From positions 1 to 32,066 of the forward strand of contig WFYP01000300.1 in assembly GCA_015490055.1 (NCBI GenBank): DNA of 32,066 nt, written 5' to 3'. Origin of the DNA: Nitratifractor sp. (lineage in GTDB: Bacteria; Campylobacterota; Campylobacteria; Campylobacterales; Sulfurovaceae). The notes under the pieces were generated by a model. That model made no database searches. It was not told the DNA's origin and saw nothing but the letters and a program-made list of their open reading frames with translations. Position 1 is the first letter of the stretch. Every line of letters begins with the position of its first letter. Shown here piece by piece: positions 9,651 to 18,593 of the stretch. Position numbers and translations under genes: made by a program.

Positions 9651-10541
9651 ATGAAAAAAAAGATAATAGCTTCTTTACTACTTGGTTCATTTGCACTTTT
9701 AAATGCAAATGGATTTAGTAAGCAAGCAGATAAAGATAGAAAAGCACTTCAAGCATATTTTGAAAAGAAATTTGCTGATAGAAAAAATGCTTCTACTTAC
9801 TTTCCTTACTCAACAAAAGATGAGTTAGATAACAACTTTAAATGGGGCATTAAAGGTGATGAATTCAGATTAGGTTCATATGCGTTTGATAAAGGTGGAA
9901 GAGCTCAGCATGATGAAATGATGGATATGCCACCATTTGAAGATAATATCGATAATGGTAAAGAACTTTATGAAAAAACTCCTGGAATGAAAAAATGTTT
10001 TCCAGACCCAACTATTGCGGGTGATTATCCTAAATATGTAAAGGGTAAAGGTGTTGTAACTTTAAGTGATGCTGTTGTTTCTTGTGCAAAAGCTAATAAG
10101 CTAAAGGGTTGGAAGCTTACAAAAGGCAAAACGGCTGATTTAGAAGCTTATTTTGCAAATGCTTCTAAAGAGAAAGGTAAAAGAGTGAATGTTGTTATTG
10201 ACTCTAAAGAGGCAGCAGCTGCATATGAAAGAGGTAAAAAAGAGTATTATACTCAAAGAGGTTACCTTCAACTTTCATGTGCTACTTGTCATGTTCAGGG
10301 TGCTGGACAGAGAGTAAGAAATGAAAAGCTATCGCCACTATTTGGTCATACAACTCACTTTCCTGTTTACAGACTTAAGTGGCAAGGTTTAGGTACACTA
10401 GAGCGTCGTATTAAGGGTTGTAACAAAAACCAAGGTGAGACTCCACATAAGCCAGGTAGTACTTGGACAAAAGAGTTAATCTACTTTATGGGTTATATGT
10501 CAAATGGGCTACCAGTTGATGGTCCAGATATCAGAAAGTAA
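9651..10541 (+). CDS. soxA: cytochrome c SoxA (monohaem type)
   Basis: Signal peptide, one CATCH haem motif, and the downstream conserved Cys in RIKGCNKNQGE, the position of the SoxA haem-ligand cysteine. Confidence 0.85.
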   Translation: MKKKIIASLLLGSFALLNANGFSKQADKDRKALQAYFEKKFADRKNASTYFPYSTKDELDNNFKWGIKGDEFRLGSYAFDKGGRAQHDEMMDMPPFEDNIDNGKELYEKTPGMKKCFPDPTIAGDYPKYVKGKGVVTLSDAVVSCAKANKLKGWKLTKGKTADLEAYFANASKEKGKRVNVVIDSKEAAAAYERGKKEYYTQRGYLQLSCATCHVQGAGQRVRNEKLSPLFGHTTHFPVYRLKWQGLGTLERRIKGCNKNQGETPHKPGSTWTKELIYFMGYMSNGLPVDGPDIRK

Positions 10542-10552
10542 AGGGGCTGATT

Positions 10553-10969
10553 ATGAAAAAAATATTATTAGCATCAGTTTTGGGTCTTTCAATAGCCTCT
10601 GCTGGTTTAGTTGAAGATGCGGCAAAGTTAGATGTAAAAAAAGTTTGTGATGTTAAAGCAAATGGTGCTGCTAAAGTTTTAGCAGTTGCTAAAAAATTTA
10701 ACCCAGAAGCTATAAAGTTAGGTGTAGAGTTTAAAAGACTTGGCATTAGAAACAAACTTTATGTTAAAGCTGTAGAAGAGGCTGTAAAAGCAAAGAAAAA
10801 AGAAGTTGTTATTAAGTATAAAGCTAAGAAGAAAGACAAAGTTAAAAAATTCCCTCTTGATTATGCGGCTTGGAGAACTTGTACTTTTGCGGTTAGAGCA
10901 CTACAGTTACATAAAGAAGCGGACAAGACATGGCGTTTAGCTGTGCCAGGTGATGGTTATAAATTTTAA
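10553..10969 (+). CDS. secreted hypothetical protein embedded between soxA and soxB (SoxK-position ORF)
   Basis: 138 aa with signal peptide MKKILLASVLGLSIASA. Lys-rich, with two Cys. AAGGGG SD. 11-nt and 9-nt gaps to its neighbours indicate co-transcription. Confidence 0.6.
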   Translation: MKKILLASVLGLSIASAGLVEDAAKLDVKKVCDVKANGAAKVLAVAKKFNPEAIKLGVEFKRLGIRNKLYVKAVEEAVKAKKKEVVIKYKAKKKDKVKKFPLDYAAWRTCTFAVRALQLHKEADKTWRLAVPGDGYKF

Positions 10970-10978
10970 AGGAAGATA

Positions 10979-12748
10979 ATGAGCGGATTAGGTAGAAGAG
11001 AATTTATGTATATGATGGCGGCTTTAGGTAGTACGCCAATTTTCGCTAATTCTCATATGAGATTATCTCCAGAGGGCGGTATAAAAGATTATTATAAGCT
11101 TAAGCCATTTGGAAATGCAAGAATTTTACATATGACAGATAGTCATGCACAGTTAATGCCTGTTTTCTTTAGAGAGCCAAGTGTAAATATTGGTCTGTTT
11201 GGTAATAAAAATGTGCCACCACATGTTGTAGGTAAGTATTTTTTAGACTATTTTCATATTAAAAATAATGATAGATTAACATATGCATTTACATGTGTTG
11301 ATTTTGAAAAACATGCAAAAGCAATAGGTAGAACAGGTGGTTTTGCGCATCTTAAAACTATTGTTGATTCACTAAGAGGTGAGTTTGGTAAAGATAAAAC
11401 TCTATTCTTAGATGGTGGTGATACATGGCAAGGTAGCTGGACTGCTTTACAGACTCGTGGTAGAGATATGGTAGGTGCAATGAACCTTTTAGGTGTAGAT
11501 GTATGTACTGGACACTGGGAGTTTACATATAAAGAAAAAGAGATTTTGGATAATATTAAACATTTAAATGCAGACTTTATTGCACAAAATGTTTTTGTAA
11601 AAGAAGATGCTCTTATGGAAGGTAATGTTCCTGTATATAATGAAGATAGTGGTAGAGCATTTAAACCATATGTTATGAAAACACTAGGTAAAGCTAGAGT
11701 TGCAGTAATTGGACAAGCGTTCCCATATACTACCATTGCTAACCCTAAGAGATTTATTCCAGATTGGACATTTGGTATTAAAGCTGACGATATGCAGACT
11801 CTTGTTAATCAAATCAAGAAAAAAGAGAAGCCAGATGCAATTATCGTTCTATCTCATAACGGTTATGATGTTGATAAAAAGATGGCACAAGTTGTTAGTG
11901 GTATCGACTTTATTATGGGTGGACACACTCACGATGGTGTACCTGAAGCAACACCTGTTAAGAATAAAGCTGGTGTAACTTATGTATGTAATGCAGGAAG
12001 TAACGGTAAGTTCTTAAATGTACTAGACTTAGATATTAAAGATGGTAAAATTGCTGACTTTAAATTTACACTACTTCCAATCTTCCCAGATGTTGTACCA
12101 GAAGATAAAGAGATGAAAGCATACATCGAGAAGGTAAGAGCTCCTTATAAAAAAGATTTAGAAAGAGTAATTGCTACAACTGATGTAACTTTATTTAGAC
12201 GAGGTAACTTTAACGGAAGTTTTGACCAAATTATTTGTGATGCACTTCGTCATGTAAAAGGTGCAGATATATCTCTATCTCCAGGATTTAGATGGGGTAC
12301 AACTGTAATGGCTGGTGATAAGATTACATTTGATGATTTAGCAACACAAACTGCTATGACTTACCCTGAAACATATGCAAAAGATATTAAAGGTAAGAAC
12401 ATAAAAGACATTTTAGAAGATGTTGCAGATAACCTATTTAATGCAGACCCATTCTATCAGCAGGGTGGAGATATGGTTAGAACAGGTGGATTATCTTATA
12501 CTATTGACCCTACTCAAAAGATGGGTAAAAGAATTAGTAATATTAGAATGCAAGATGGTAAACCACTTGATGCTAGCAAAACTTATAAGGTTGCTGGTTG
12601 GTCAACTGTTAATTCAAAAGCTCCTGGTGAGCCTGTATGGGAAACAGTTGAAAATTACCTTAAAAATGTTAAACACATTAAAGACCTTAAAGTTGATACT
12701 CCAGAAATTATTGGACTTAAAAACAATAAAGGTATCGTTAAATGCTAA
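10979..12748 (+). CDS. soxB: thiosulfohydrolase SoxB
   Basis: Tat signal (GRREFMYMMAALG). Dinuclear metallophosphoesterase motifs HMTDSH, GGDTWQG, GHWEF and GGHTHD. 5'-nucleotidase-like C-terminal domain. Confidence 0.9.
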   Translation: MSGLGRREFMYMMAALGSTPIFANSHMRLSPEGGIKDYYKLKPFGNARILHMTDSHAQLMPVFFREPSVNIGLFGNKNVPPHVVGKYFLDYFHIKNNDRLTYAFTCVDFEKHAKAIGRTGGFAHLKTIVDSLRGEFGKDKTLFLDGGDTWQGSWTALQTRGRDMVGAMNLLGVDVCTGHWEFTYKEKEILDNIKHLNADFIAQNVFVKEDALMEGNVPVYNEDSGRAFKPYVMKTLGKARVAVIGQAFPYTTIANPKRFIPDWTFGIKADDMQTLVNQIKKKEKPDAIIVLSHNGYDVDKKMAQVVSGIDFIMGGHTHDGVPEATPVKNKAGVTYVCNAGSNGKFLNVLDLDIKDGKIADFKFTLLPIFPDVVPEDKEMKAYIEKVRAPYKKDLERVIATTDVTLFRRGNFNGSFDQIICDALRHVKGADISLSPGFRWGTTVMAGDKITFDDLATQTAMTYPETYAKDIKGKNIKDILEDVADNLFNADPFYQQGGDMVRTGGLSYTIDPTQKMGKRISNIRMQDGKPLDASKTYKVAGWSTVNSKAPGEPVWETVENYLKNVKHIKDLKVDTPEIIGLKNNKGIVKC

Positions 12749-12771
12749 GAGCTTTTGCTCTGGCATTTTTT

Positions 12772-12835
12772 TATAGGGGTCAGACGTTGAATATACACCT
12801 TTTTAAAGGTGTATATTCAACGTCTGACCCCTATA
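12772..12835. repeat. perfect 31-bp-arm palindrome (GGGGTCAGACGTTGAA family), likely terminator/REP-like element, copy 1
   Basis: TATAGGGGTCAGACGTTGAATATACACCTTT (12772-12802), a 2-nt spacer, then the exact reverse complement (12805-12835). A short hairpin AGAGC-TTTT-GCTCT plus a T7 run (12748-12772) precedes it, directly after the soxB stop. Confidence 0.9.
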
Positions 12836-12847
12836 AAAGGAGAAAAT

Positions 12848-13309
12848 TTGATATTAGGCAATGCTTTAAAATTATATATTGCACCTATTGGAACAAGTGG
12901 TGTTAGAGAGTCACGCAACACTATAGAGTTAAAAGAAAACTTTGGTGTTATTGATGATAAATTCGCAGGAAATCCCAAAAAGATACATAGAAGCGTAATG
13001 ATTGTAGGTACAACGCCTTATGATATGGCAAGAGAAGCAGGTATAGCAATGCCAGAAGTTGCGCTTGGCGAAAATATATTGTTAGATTTTGACCCGCATA
13101 CTTTGAATATAGGTTCAAAATTAAAAATTGGTGAAGCTATCTTGGAGATAACAGCTGCTTGTACTCTGTGTAGTCATTTAACACAATACCATAAAGATTT
13201 ACCAAAATTAATACTTAAACATCGTGGAATATATTGTAGCGTACTTAAAGGTGGTATAATAAATAAAGGCGACAGTGCCACTCTTTTAAAAGAAAAGGAA
13301 ATTGTATGA
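12848..13309 (+). CDS. MOSC domain protein
   Basis: Small beta-barrel MOSC-like sequence with the conserved Cys region (ITAACTLCSHL). Start reassigned to the in-frame TTG at 12848, which has AAGGAG (12837-12842) 5 nt upstream. The ORF-track start at 12809 lies inside the palindrome arm. Confidence 0.7.
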   Translation: MILGNALKLYIAPIGTSGVRESRNTIELKENFGVIDDKFAGNPKKIHRSVMIVGTTPYDMAREAGIAMPEVALGENILLDFDPHTLNIGSKLKIGEAILEITAACTLCSHLTQYHKDLPKLILKHRGIYCSVLKGGIINKGDSATLLKEKEIV

Positions 13310-13746
13310 GACGACTCTTTTTACTACTTTTAATAACTCCATTTTTACTATTTGGAAAGTATAATTTTAAAGACCCAAAGCCAAGTTTTGATAATCCTAG
13401 AAAGATTATAATGAAACTTAATAATAAAGATATTCATTATGCTAATCATCTGTTGGGAACTATATATAATATACTAAAAGAGTATCCAGACGGTGGACTT
13501 AAAGTTGTTGTAATAGCTTATGGTCCAGGTATGAGAGTTATAAAAAAAGATTACGATAAACATGTTTTAAGCCGTATTCGTTCACTTATGGATTATGATG
13601 TAGATTTTATTGGATGTATAAATACAATGCATACAATGGGTTGGAAGAAAAAAGATTTTATTGACGATATAACATTTGTTCAAGCAGGAATTGTAGAGGT
13701 AATCGAAAGACAAGCCCACGGTTATATTGATGCTACACCTTATTAG
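13306..13746 (+). CDS. DsrE/DsrF-like family protein (COG1416-type) with N-terminal signal sequence
   Basis: 146 aa with a hydrophobic N-terminus (MRRLFLLLLITPFLLFG). The family-typical pattern is VVVIAYGPG...FIGCINTM...GIVEVIERQAHGYIDATPY. 4-nt overlap with the MOSC gene. Confidence 0.6.
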   Translation: MRRLFLLLLITPFLLFGKYNFKDPKPSFDNPRKIIMKLNNKDIHYANHLLGTIYNILKEYPDGGLKVVVIAYGPGMRVIKKDYDKHVLSRIRSLMDYDVDFIGCINTMHTMGWKKKDFIDDITFVQAGIVEVIERQAHGYIDATPY

Positions 13747-13813
13747 ACTTTGTAGATACGAAGTTTAATACTATCTTATTTTGTCATTTTATAATAGCTT
13801 AATCACAATTACT

Positions 13814-13822
13814 TGCTATAAT
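13814..13822 (+). promoter_or_regulatory. candidate extended -10 promoter element (TGcTATAAT) for the alpha-2-macroglobulin gene
   Basis: TGCTATAAT lies 32 nt upstream of ATG 13854, in a 107-nt AT-rich intergenic region. No experimental support. Confidence 0.35.
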
Positions 13823-13853
13823 ATATGAATATTATCTAGCAAAAGGCAATTTT

Positions 13854-16800
13854 ATGATTAAGCGATATATTATACTGTTAATACTCTTTTTCACAATAGC
13901 AAGTAGTGCTTCGGTTAAGAGTTTAAATATAGAAAAGATTTATACAAAAAGTAGTACTAACGATGTATCTATTTGTGCCAGATTAGACAGATACTTTGAT
14001 GTTACAAATTCAAACCTTGTAAAGCCTTATATTAAAGTTACTCCCCAGCAATATTTTAAAATTAGATTATCTTATGACGAAATTTGTATTAAAGGTCTAA
14101 AGCCACAAACTAAATATACTATAACTATAGATAAATCTATTCCTTTAGGAAAATTAGGTTTAGATAAAACATATACTTTTACTAAAAAAACTGGTAGCTA
14201 TGACCCAAGTTTCTCTTTTAAGGGTGGTGGCTATATTTTACCTGCTAAAGGTGATATCTCTATTCCTGTTGAGACTACAAATGTTAAAAAGTTAGAGGTA
14301 AGTCTATATAGAATAAATCGAAACAACTTAATCGGTGCAGTTAATAGATATGGCTTGATTAAAGAGATTGAGAGTTACAATTTAGATGATATTAAAAATC
14401 AAAATGGATACTTTTTATGGAGTAAGGTGCTGCCAATTAGAAACTATAAAGAGAATATCGCTAAAGTAACAGCTATTCCTGTCGGCAAATATATAAAAAA
14501 GCTTGAGCCTGGGGTTTACATATTAGCTGCTACGACTTTTAATAGTGATGGCACAGTAAATAGTTGGAAAACAACTACACAATGGTTTATGGTTTCAGAT
14601 ATTGGACTCTTTACTATGCAGGGTGATAAGGGTATGCATATATATAGTAAACACTTATCTAATGCTAGTAAATATAACAATGTAAAGCTTGAGTTGGTAT
14701 CTAAAAATAATGAAGTTTTGGCAAAAGCTGTTACAAAAGATGGGTACGCATTTTTTAAATCGGCACTTTTAAATGGTAAATTAGGTCTTGCACCTAAAGC
14801 TATATATGCATATGGAGAGAATGGCGATTTTACTGTTTTAAACCTTTCGCAATCTCCACTAGATTTAACCGATATGGGTGTAGCAGGAAGAGAAGCACCA
14901 GAGGGTTATGATGGCTTTATATTTAGCAATAGAGGCATCTTTAGACCGGGTGAGAGTGTTGCATATAATCTATTAGTTAGAGATAGTTATGGTAAAGTGG
15001 CTAAAGATTTAAAGCTTATTGTTAAAATTGTAGATTCAAGAGGTGTAGAGTTAAAGAGCAAAACTGTTACAACTGATGAATTGGGTCATATAGGTGGTGA
15101 ATTTAAAATACCAAAAAGTGGCGAGACTGGCAGATATATAATTTTTGCATATGCAGGTGATGAAAACGAAATAGCAAATTTAAACTTTCTTGTAGAAGAT
15201 TTTGTACCACCAAAAATAGAGATTATTGTAACAGATAAGCCAAAAGAGCTTAAGCCAAATAGTAATAATTTAGTAAAAGCAGTTGCAAAGTATTTAACTG
15301 GTGACAATATGCCAATGCCTAGTGGAGATTTTAAGGTAATACTGCACGCTAGCAAGATTCCATTTAAAGAGTTTAAGGGTTACCAATTTGGTAGAGTAGA
15401 AGATACATTTAGCAATGATTACGCTTTAGAAGATAGCTTTACAGGAGATAAGAATGGTACGATAGAGTTGCCACTAAAATTAAAAACTCCAGCTAAGACA
15501 ACTTTGCCAGTTAGTGCATATGTTAAGATTTCGGTAAATGAACCTGGTGGGCGACCTGTAGAGAATGGATTTAATATATTCTATAACGATAAATATGGAT
15601 ATATTGGTATAAAGCCAAACTTTAAGTATGATGCTGTCGATTTAAATCAAAAGCCTAGTTTTAATGTTGTTTATATAAGAAATAGTAAAGCAGTTAGCGC
15701 TAAAGTTCACTATAGAGTTGTAGAGGAGGGGCGAGAGTGGAACTGGAGTTACGACAACGAAAGTGATACTTGGGATTACTATGTAACTTACAGTGATAAT
15801 TACGAAGTTAGCAAAGGCGATTTAAACTTACAAGCACGCCCAACACCTTTAGCTATAAATAGACTTGATTGGGGTAGTTATCGTATAGAGATTAGCGATG
15901 ATAGAGGTATAGTAAGTAGTTATCGTTTTAGTGTAGGGTACGAAGAGTTATCGAGCAAAGCTTCGCCAGATAGATTACCTATTGCTATCAATAAAAAGGT
16001 TTATCAGCCAAATGATACACTAAAAGTTAATATTACGCCAAAATTTAGTGGCCCGTTAATTGTAAATATTGCAAATAATAGGATTATTAAGAGTAAAGAG
16101 CTTCAAGCAAAAGAGGGCGTGCCACTAAAGGTAGAGTTTAAAATTAAGCCAGAGTGGGGTAGTAGCGTATATGTATTGGCAAGTGAATTTAGAGCCCAAG
16201 ATAAAAAAAGAGGTGCAAGCCGTGCGATAGGTGTTGCACACATTGCTGTACATGATGCTAATAAGTATATAGAGCTTAAAGTTAATGCTCCTAAAAAGAT
16301 AGAGTCTAACTCTAAATTAAGAGTTACTCTAAATGCCGCTAAGTTAGAAGATAAAGCTTATGCAATAGTTGCAGTGGTTGATAAAGGGGTTTTGAATATG
16401 ACTAAATACAAAACTCCAAACCCTGCAAAATATTTTTGGGGTCAGAAGAAGTTAGGCATTAAGATAAGAGATGTCTATTCTGATTTAATCAAAGTAACTG
16501 GAGAGCATGGCGAGTTTGATGTTGGTGCAGATAGTGAATTGCAAGAGAACTTAAACGAAAATGTAACAACTAATAAAAGAGAAGTTGTAGCCTTAATTAG
16601 TAAGCCATTAATGTTTAAAGATGGCAAAGCAGTTGCAGAGTTTGATATTCCTGCTTTTCAAGGTAGCTTAAAAGTTATGGCAGTTGCTTGGAGCAAAAAA
16701 GGTGTTGGCAGTAGCGATGCTATAACTATTGTTAAAGACCCAATTTCGCTAGAGGCTTATATGCCACGCTTTTTAGCAAATGGTGATATAGCCGATATTA

Positions 16801-18593
16801 CTTTAAGTGCAAAGTTTGATAACGAAGTTATAAAGCCTGGTAAGTATATTTTAAAAGTAGATACTAGTGGTGGCGTTAAAGCTGAGCAAAATAGCATAGA
16901 GTTTAATTACGATGGTAAGAGTAATTTCTTAAAAGCGGTACCAATAAGAGCGACTAAATTAGAAGATGGGAATATAACTTTAAGTGTTTACAAAAATGGT
17001 AAAAGGTTAGCTAGCCGAGAGTTTGGCTTGAGTGTTAGAAGCCCATATCCTCAGACATTTGCTAGACGAGTAAAGATATTAGATAAGGGTTTAAGCTTAG
17101 AAGCAAAAGATTTAATAAATAAAGAGAATTGGCAAAATATTAGCAAGCTTAGGTTAAGAGTATCATCTTCGCCATTAATAGATAAGAAATCTATAGAAGA
17201 TGAGCTAACACATTACTGCTGTAGATGTGCAGAACAGACAACAAGTAGGGCATTTCCTTATGTTGATAGAAAAGATGAGTATAGCAAAGAGAGAGTAAAT
17301 AGTGCAATAGAGCGTCTGCTTAACTTGCAAAAGATAGATGGCTCATTTGGGCTTTGGTATGATAGCAAGGCTTCGACTTGGGTTAGTGCTTATGTATTAG
17401 ACTTTTTAACAAGAGCAAAAGCAAATGGTTACAATGTTCCTAATAAGAATATAAACGAAGGCTTAAAGTGGCTGCAAAATAGTCTATATAAATGGAGTCA
17501 AAAACAAGATAAGCAAGAGGCAGATGCTTATGCCTTATATGTTTTAGCAAGAAATGGTAAAGTGCTAATGAGTGATATAATGCATCATGTAAACGATACA
17601 CACTCGCTTATAAAATCTGGCTTTGCATGGGGGCATTTGGCAACTACTCTTGCTATATTGGGCGAAAAGCAAAAGGCAAAAGAGCTGTTTGCTGTTGCGC
17701 AAAAGAGTTTGGGCGTTTCTGATAATTACTCTAATTTTGGAGGAGTTTTAAGAGATAAAGCTGCATTAATTGTTTTAGCAAAAGAGGCAAAATTTGACAA
17801 TATTGCACAATCTTTATATGCAGATTTAGCCTTAGATTTAAAAGATAAAAAATATTTAAGTACCCAAGAGATGAGCCAAATATTAAGAGCTGTTAATGTA
17901 ATGCATATTAAGCCTAGTAAATTAAGTATAATGGTAAATAACAAGCCATATAACTCTACTAAAGAGTTTGTGGTAGGTGCTAAATCTTTAGATAAAATAC
18001 CAACTATTACAAATAGAGGCAAAGGGAGTATTTGGTATAACTTAAGCTTTGTAGGTACGGCTAATCCAGCGAGTTATCATAGTACATATAATAAAGGATT
18101 TAGTATCTATAAAACTATCTACTCTATAGATGGCAAAAAGTTAAATCCTGCACAAATTGCTAAAAATAGAAGAGTAGTTGTTGTAGTCAGTGGAAAGGTG
18201 GAAGATTCTGCTATAAAAAGACCACTTATTATAGATTTCTTGCCATCAGGCTTTGAGTTAGAGAATCCAGATATTAGCGGTATAGATGAACTCTCTGCAT
18301 TAAAGTGGCTAAAAGATAGAAGCGCCCTAGAGCACGCAGCTTATAGAGACGACAGATATGCAGCTGCAATTAACCTAGAGGGTAAAACAGAGTTTAAAGT
18401 TGCATACATAGCACGAGCTGTAACTTTAGGTAAATTTGCCTATCCACCAGCGATAATAGAGGATATGTATAAACCAAGATATAGAGCATTAAGTAAGCTT
18501 AGCACTAAAGAGATAGAGATAAAAAATGCTGGTGATATAACAGTTACACCAGCACCAAGTGATAGTAACACAACTAAGCCTTCAGCCCCCTAG
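13854..18593 (+). CDS. bacterial alpha-2-macroglobulin family protein, thioester type (YfhM/ECAM-like)
   Basis: 1579 aa with a signal peptide. The thioester CxEQ motif is present as HYCCRCAEQTTS (CAEQ = 17226-17237), followed by the alpha-helical TED-like region. The C-terminal DFLPSGFELEN...YRDDRY...YIARAVTLGKFAYPP block resembles E. coli YfhM as I recall it. Confidence 0.9.
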   Translation: MIKRYIILLILFFTIASSASVKSLNIEKIYTKSSTNDVSICARLDRYFDVTNSNLVKPYIKVTPQQYFKIRLSYDEICIKGLKPQTKYTITIDKSIPLGKLGLDKTYTFTKKTGSYDPSFSFKGGGYILPAKGDISIPVETTNVKKLEVSLYRINRNNLIGAVNRYGLIKEIESYNLDDIKNQNGYFLWSKVLPIRNYKENIAKVTAIPVGKYIKKLEPGVYILAATTFNSDGTVNSWKTTTQWFMVSDIGLFTMQGDKGMHIYSKHLSNASKYNNVKLELVSKNNEVLAKAVTKDGYAFFKSALLNGKLGLAPKAIYAYGENGDFTVLNLSQSPLDLTDMGVAGREAPEGYDGFIFSNRGIFRPGESVAYNLLVRDSYGKVAKDLKLIVKIVDSRGVELKSKTVTTDELGHIGGEFKIPKSGETGRYIIFAYAGDENEIANLNFLVEDFVPPKIEIIVTDKPKELKPNSNNLVKAVAKYLTGDNMPMPSGDFKVILHASKIPFKEFKGYQFGRVEDTFSNDYALEDSFTGDKNGTIELPLKLKTPAKTTLPVSAYVKISVNEPGGRPVENGFNIFYNDKYGYIGIKPNFKYDAVDLNQKPSFNVVYIRNSKAVSAKVHYRVVEEGREWNWSYDNESDTWDYYVTYSDNYEVSKGDLNLQARPTPLAINRLDWGSYRIEISDDRGIVSSYRFSVGYEELSSKASPDRLPIAINKKVYQPNDTLKVNITPKFSGPLIVNIANNRIIKSKELQAKEGVPLKVEFKIKPEWGSSVYVLASEFRAQDKKRGASRAIGVAHIAVHDANKYIELKVNAPKKIESNSKLRVTLNAAKLEDKAYAIVAVVDKGVLNMTKYKTPNPAKYFWGQKKLGIKIRDVYSDLIKVTGEHGEFDVGADSELQENLNENVTTNKREVVALISKPLMFKDGKAVAEFDIPAFQGSLKVMAVAWSKKGVGSSDAITIVKDPISLEAYMPRFLANGDIADITLSAKFDNEVIKPGKYILKVDTSGGVKAEQNSIEFNYDGKSNFLKAVPIRATKLEDGNITLSVYKNGKRLASREFGLSVRSPYPQTFARRVKILDKGLSLEAKDLINKENWQNISKLRLRVSSSPLIDKKSIEDELTHYCCRCAEQTTSRAFPYVDRKDEYSKERVNSAIERLLNLQKIDGSFGLWYDSKASTWVSAYVLDFLTRAKANGYNVPNKNINEGLKWLQNSLYKWSQKQDKQEADAYALYVLARNGKVLMSDIMHHVNDTHSLIKSGFAWGHLATTLAILGEKQKAKELFAVAQKSLGVSDNYSNFGGVLRDKAALIVLAKEAKFDNIAQSLYADLALDLKDKKYLSTQEMSQILRAVNVMHIKPSKLSIMVNNKPYNSTKEFVVGAKSLDKIPTITNRGKGSIWYNLSFVGTANPASYHSTYNKGFSIYKTIYSIDGKKLNPAQIAKNRRVVVVVSGKVEDSAIKRPLIIDFLPSGFELENPDISGIDELSALKWLKDRSALEHAAYRDDRYAAAINLEGKTEFKVAYIARAVTLGKFAYPPAIIEDMYKPRYRALSKLSTKEIEIKNAGDITVTPAPSDSNTTKPSAP

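Noticed and set aside
9517-12776. ORFs 9517..9708 (-), 10531..10755 (-), 11254..11736 (-), 11709..11978 (+) and 12420..12776 (+)
   Set aside because: All overlap soxZ/soxA, orf138 or soxB in other frames. None has an SD or a recognisable domain. The soxB frame is supported by a full set of catalytic motifs.
12809-12847. First 13 codons of track ORF 12809..13309
   Set aside because: They are encoded by the right arm of the perfect palindrome. A TTG with AAGGAG just downstream is a far better start.
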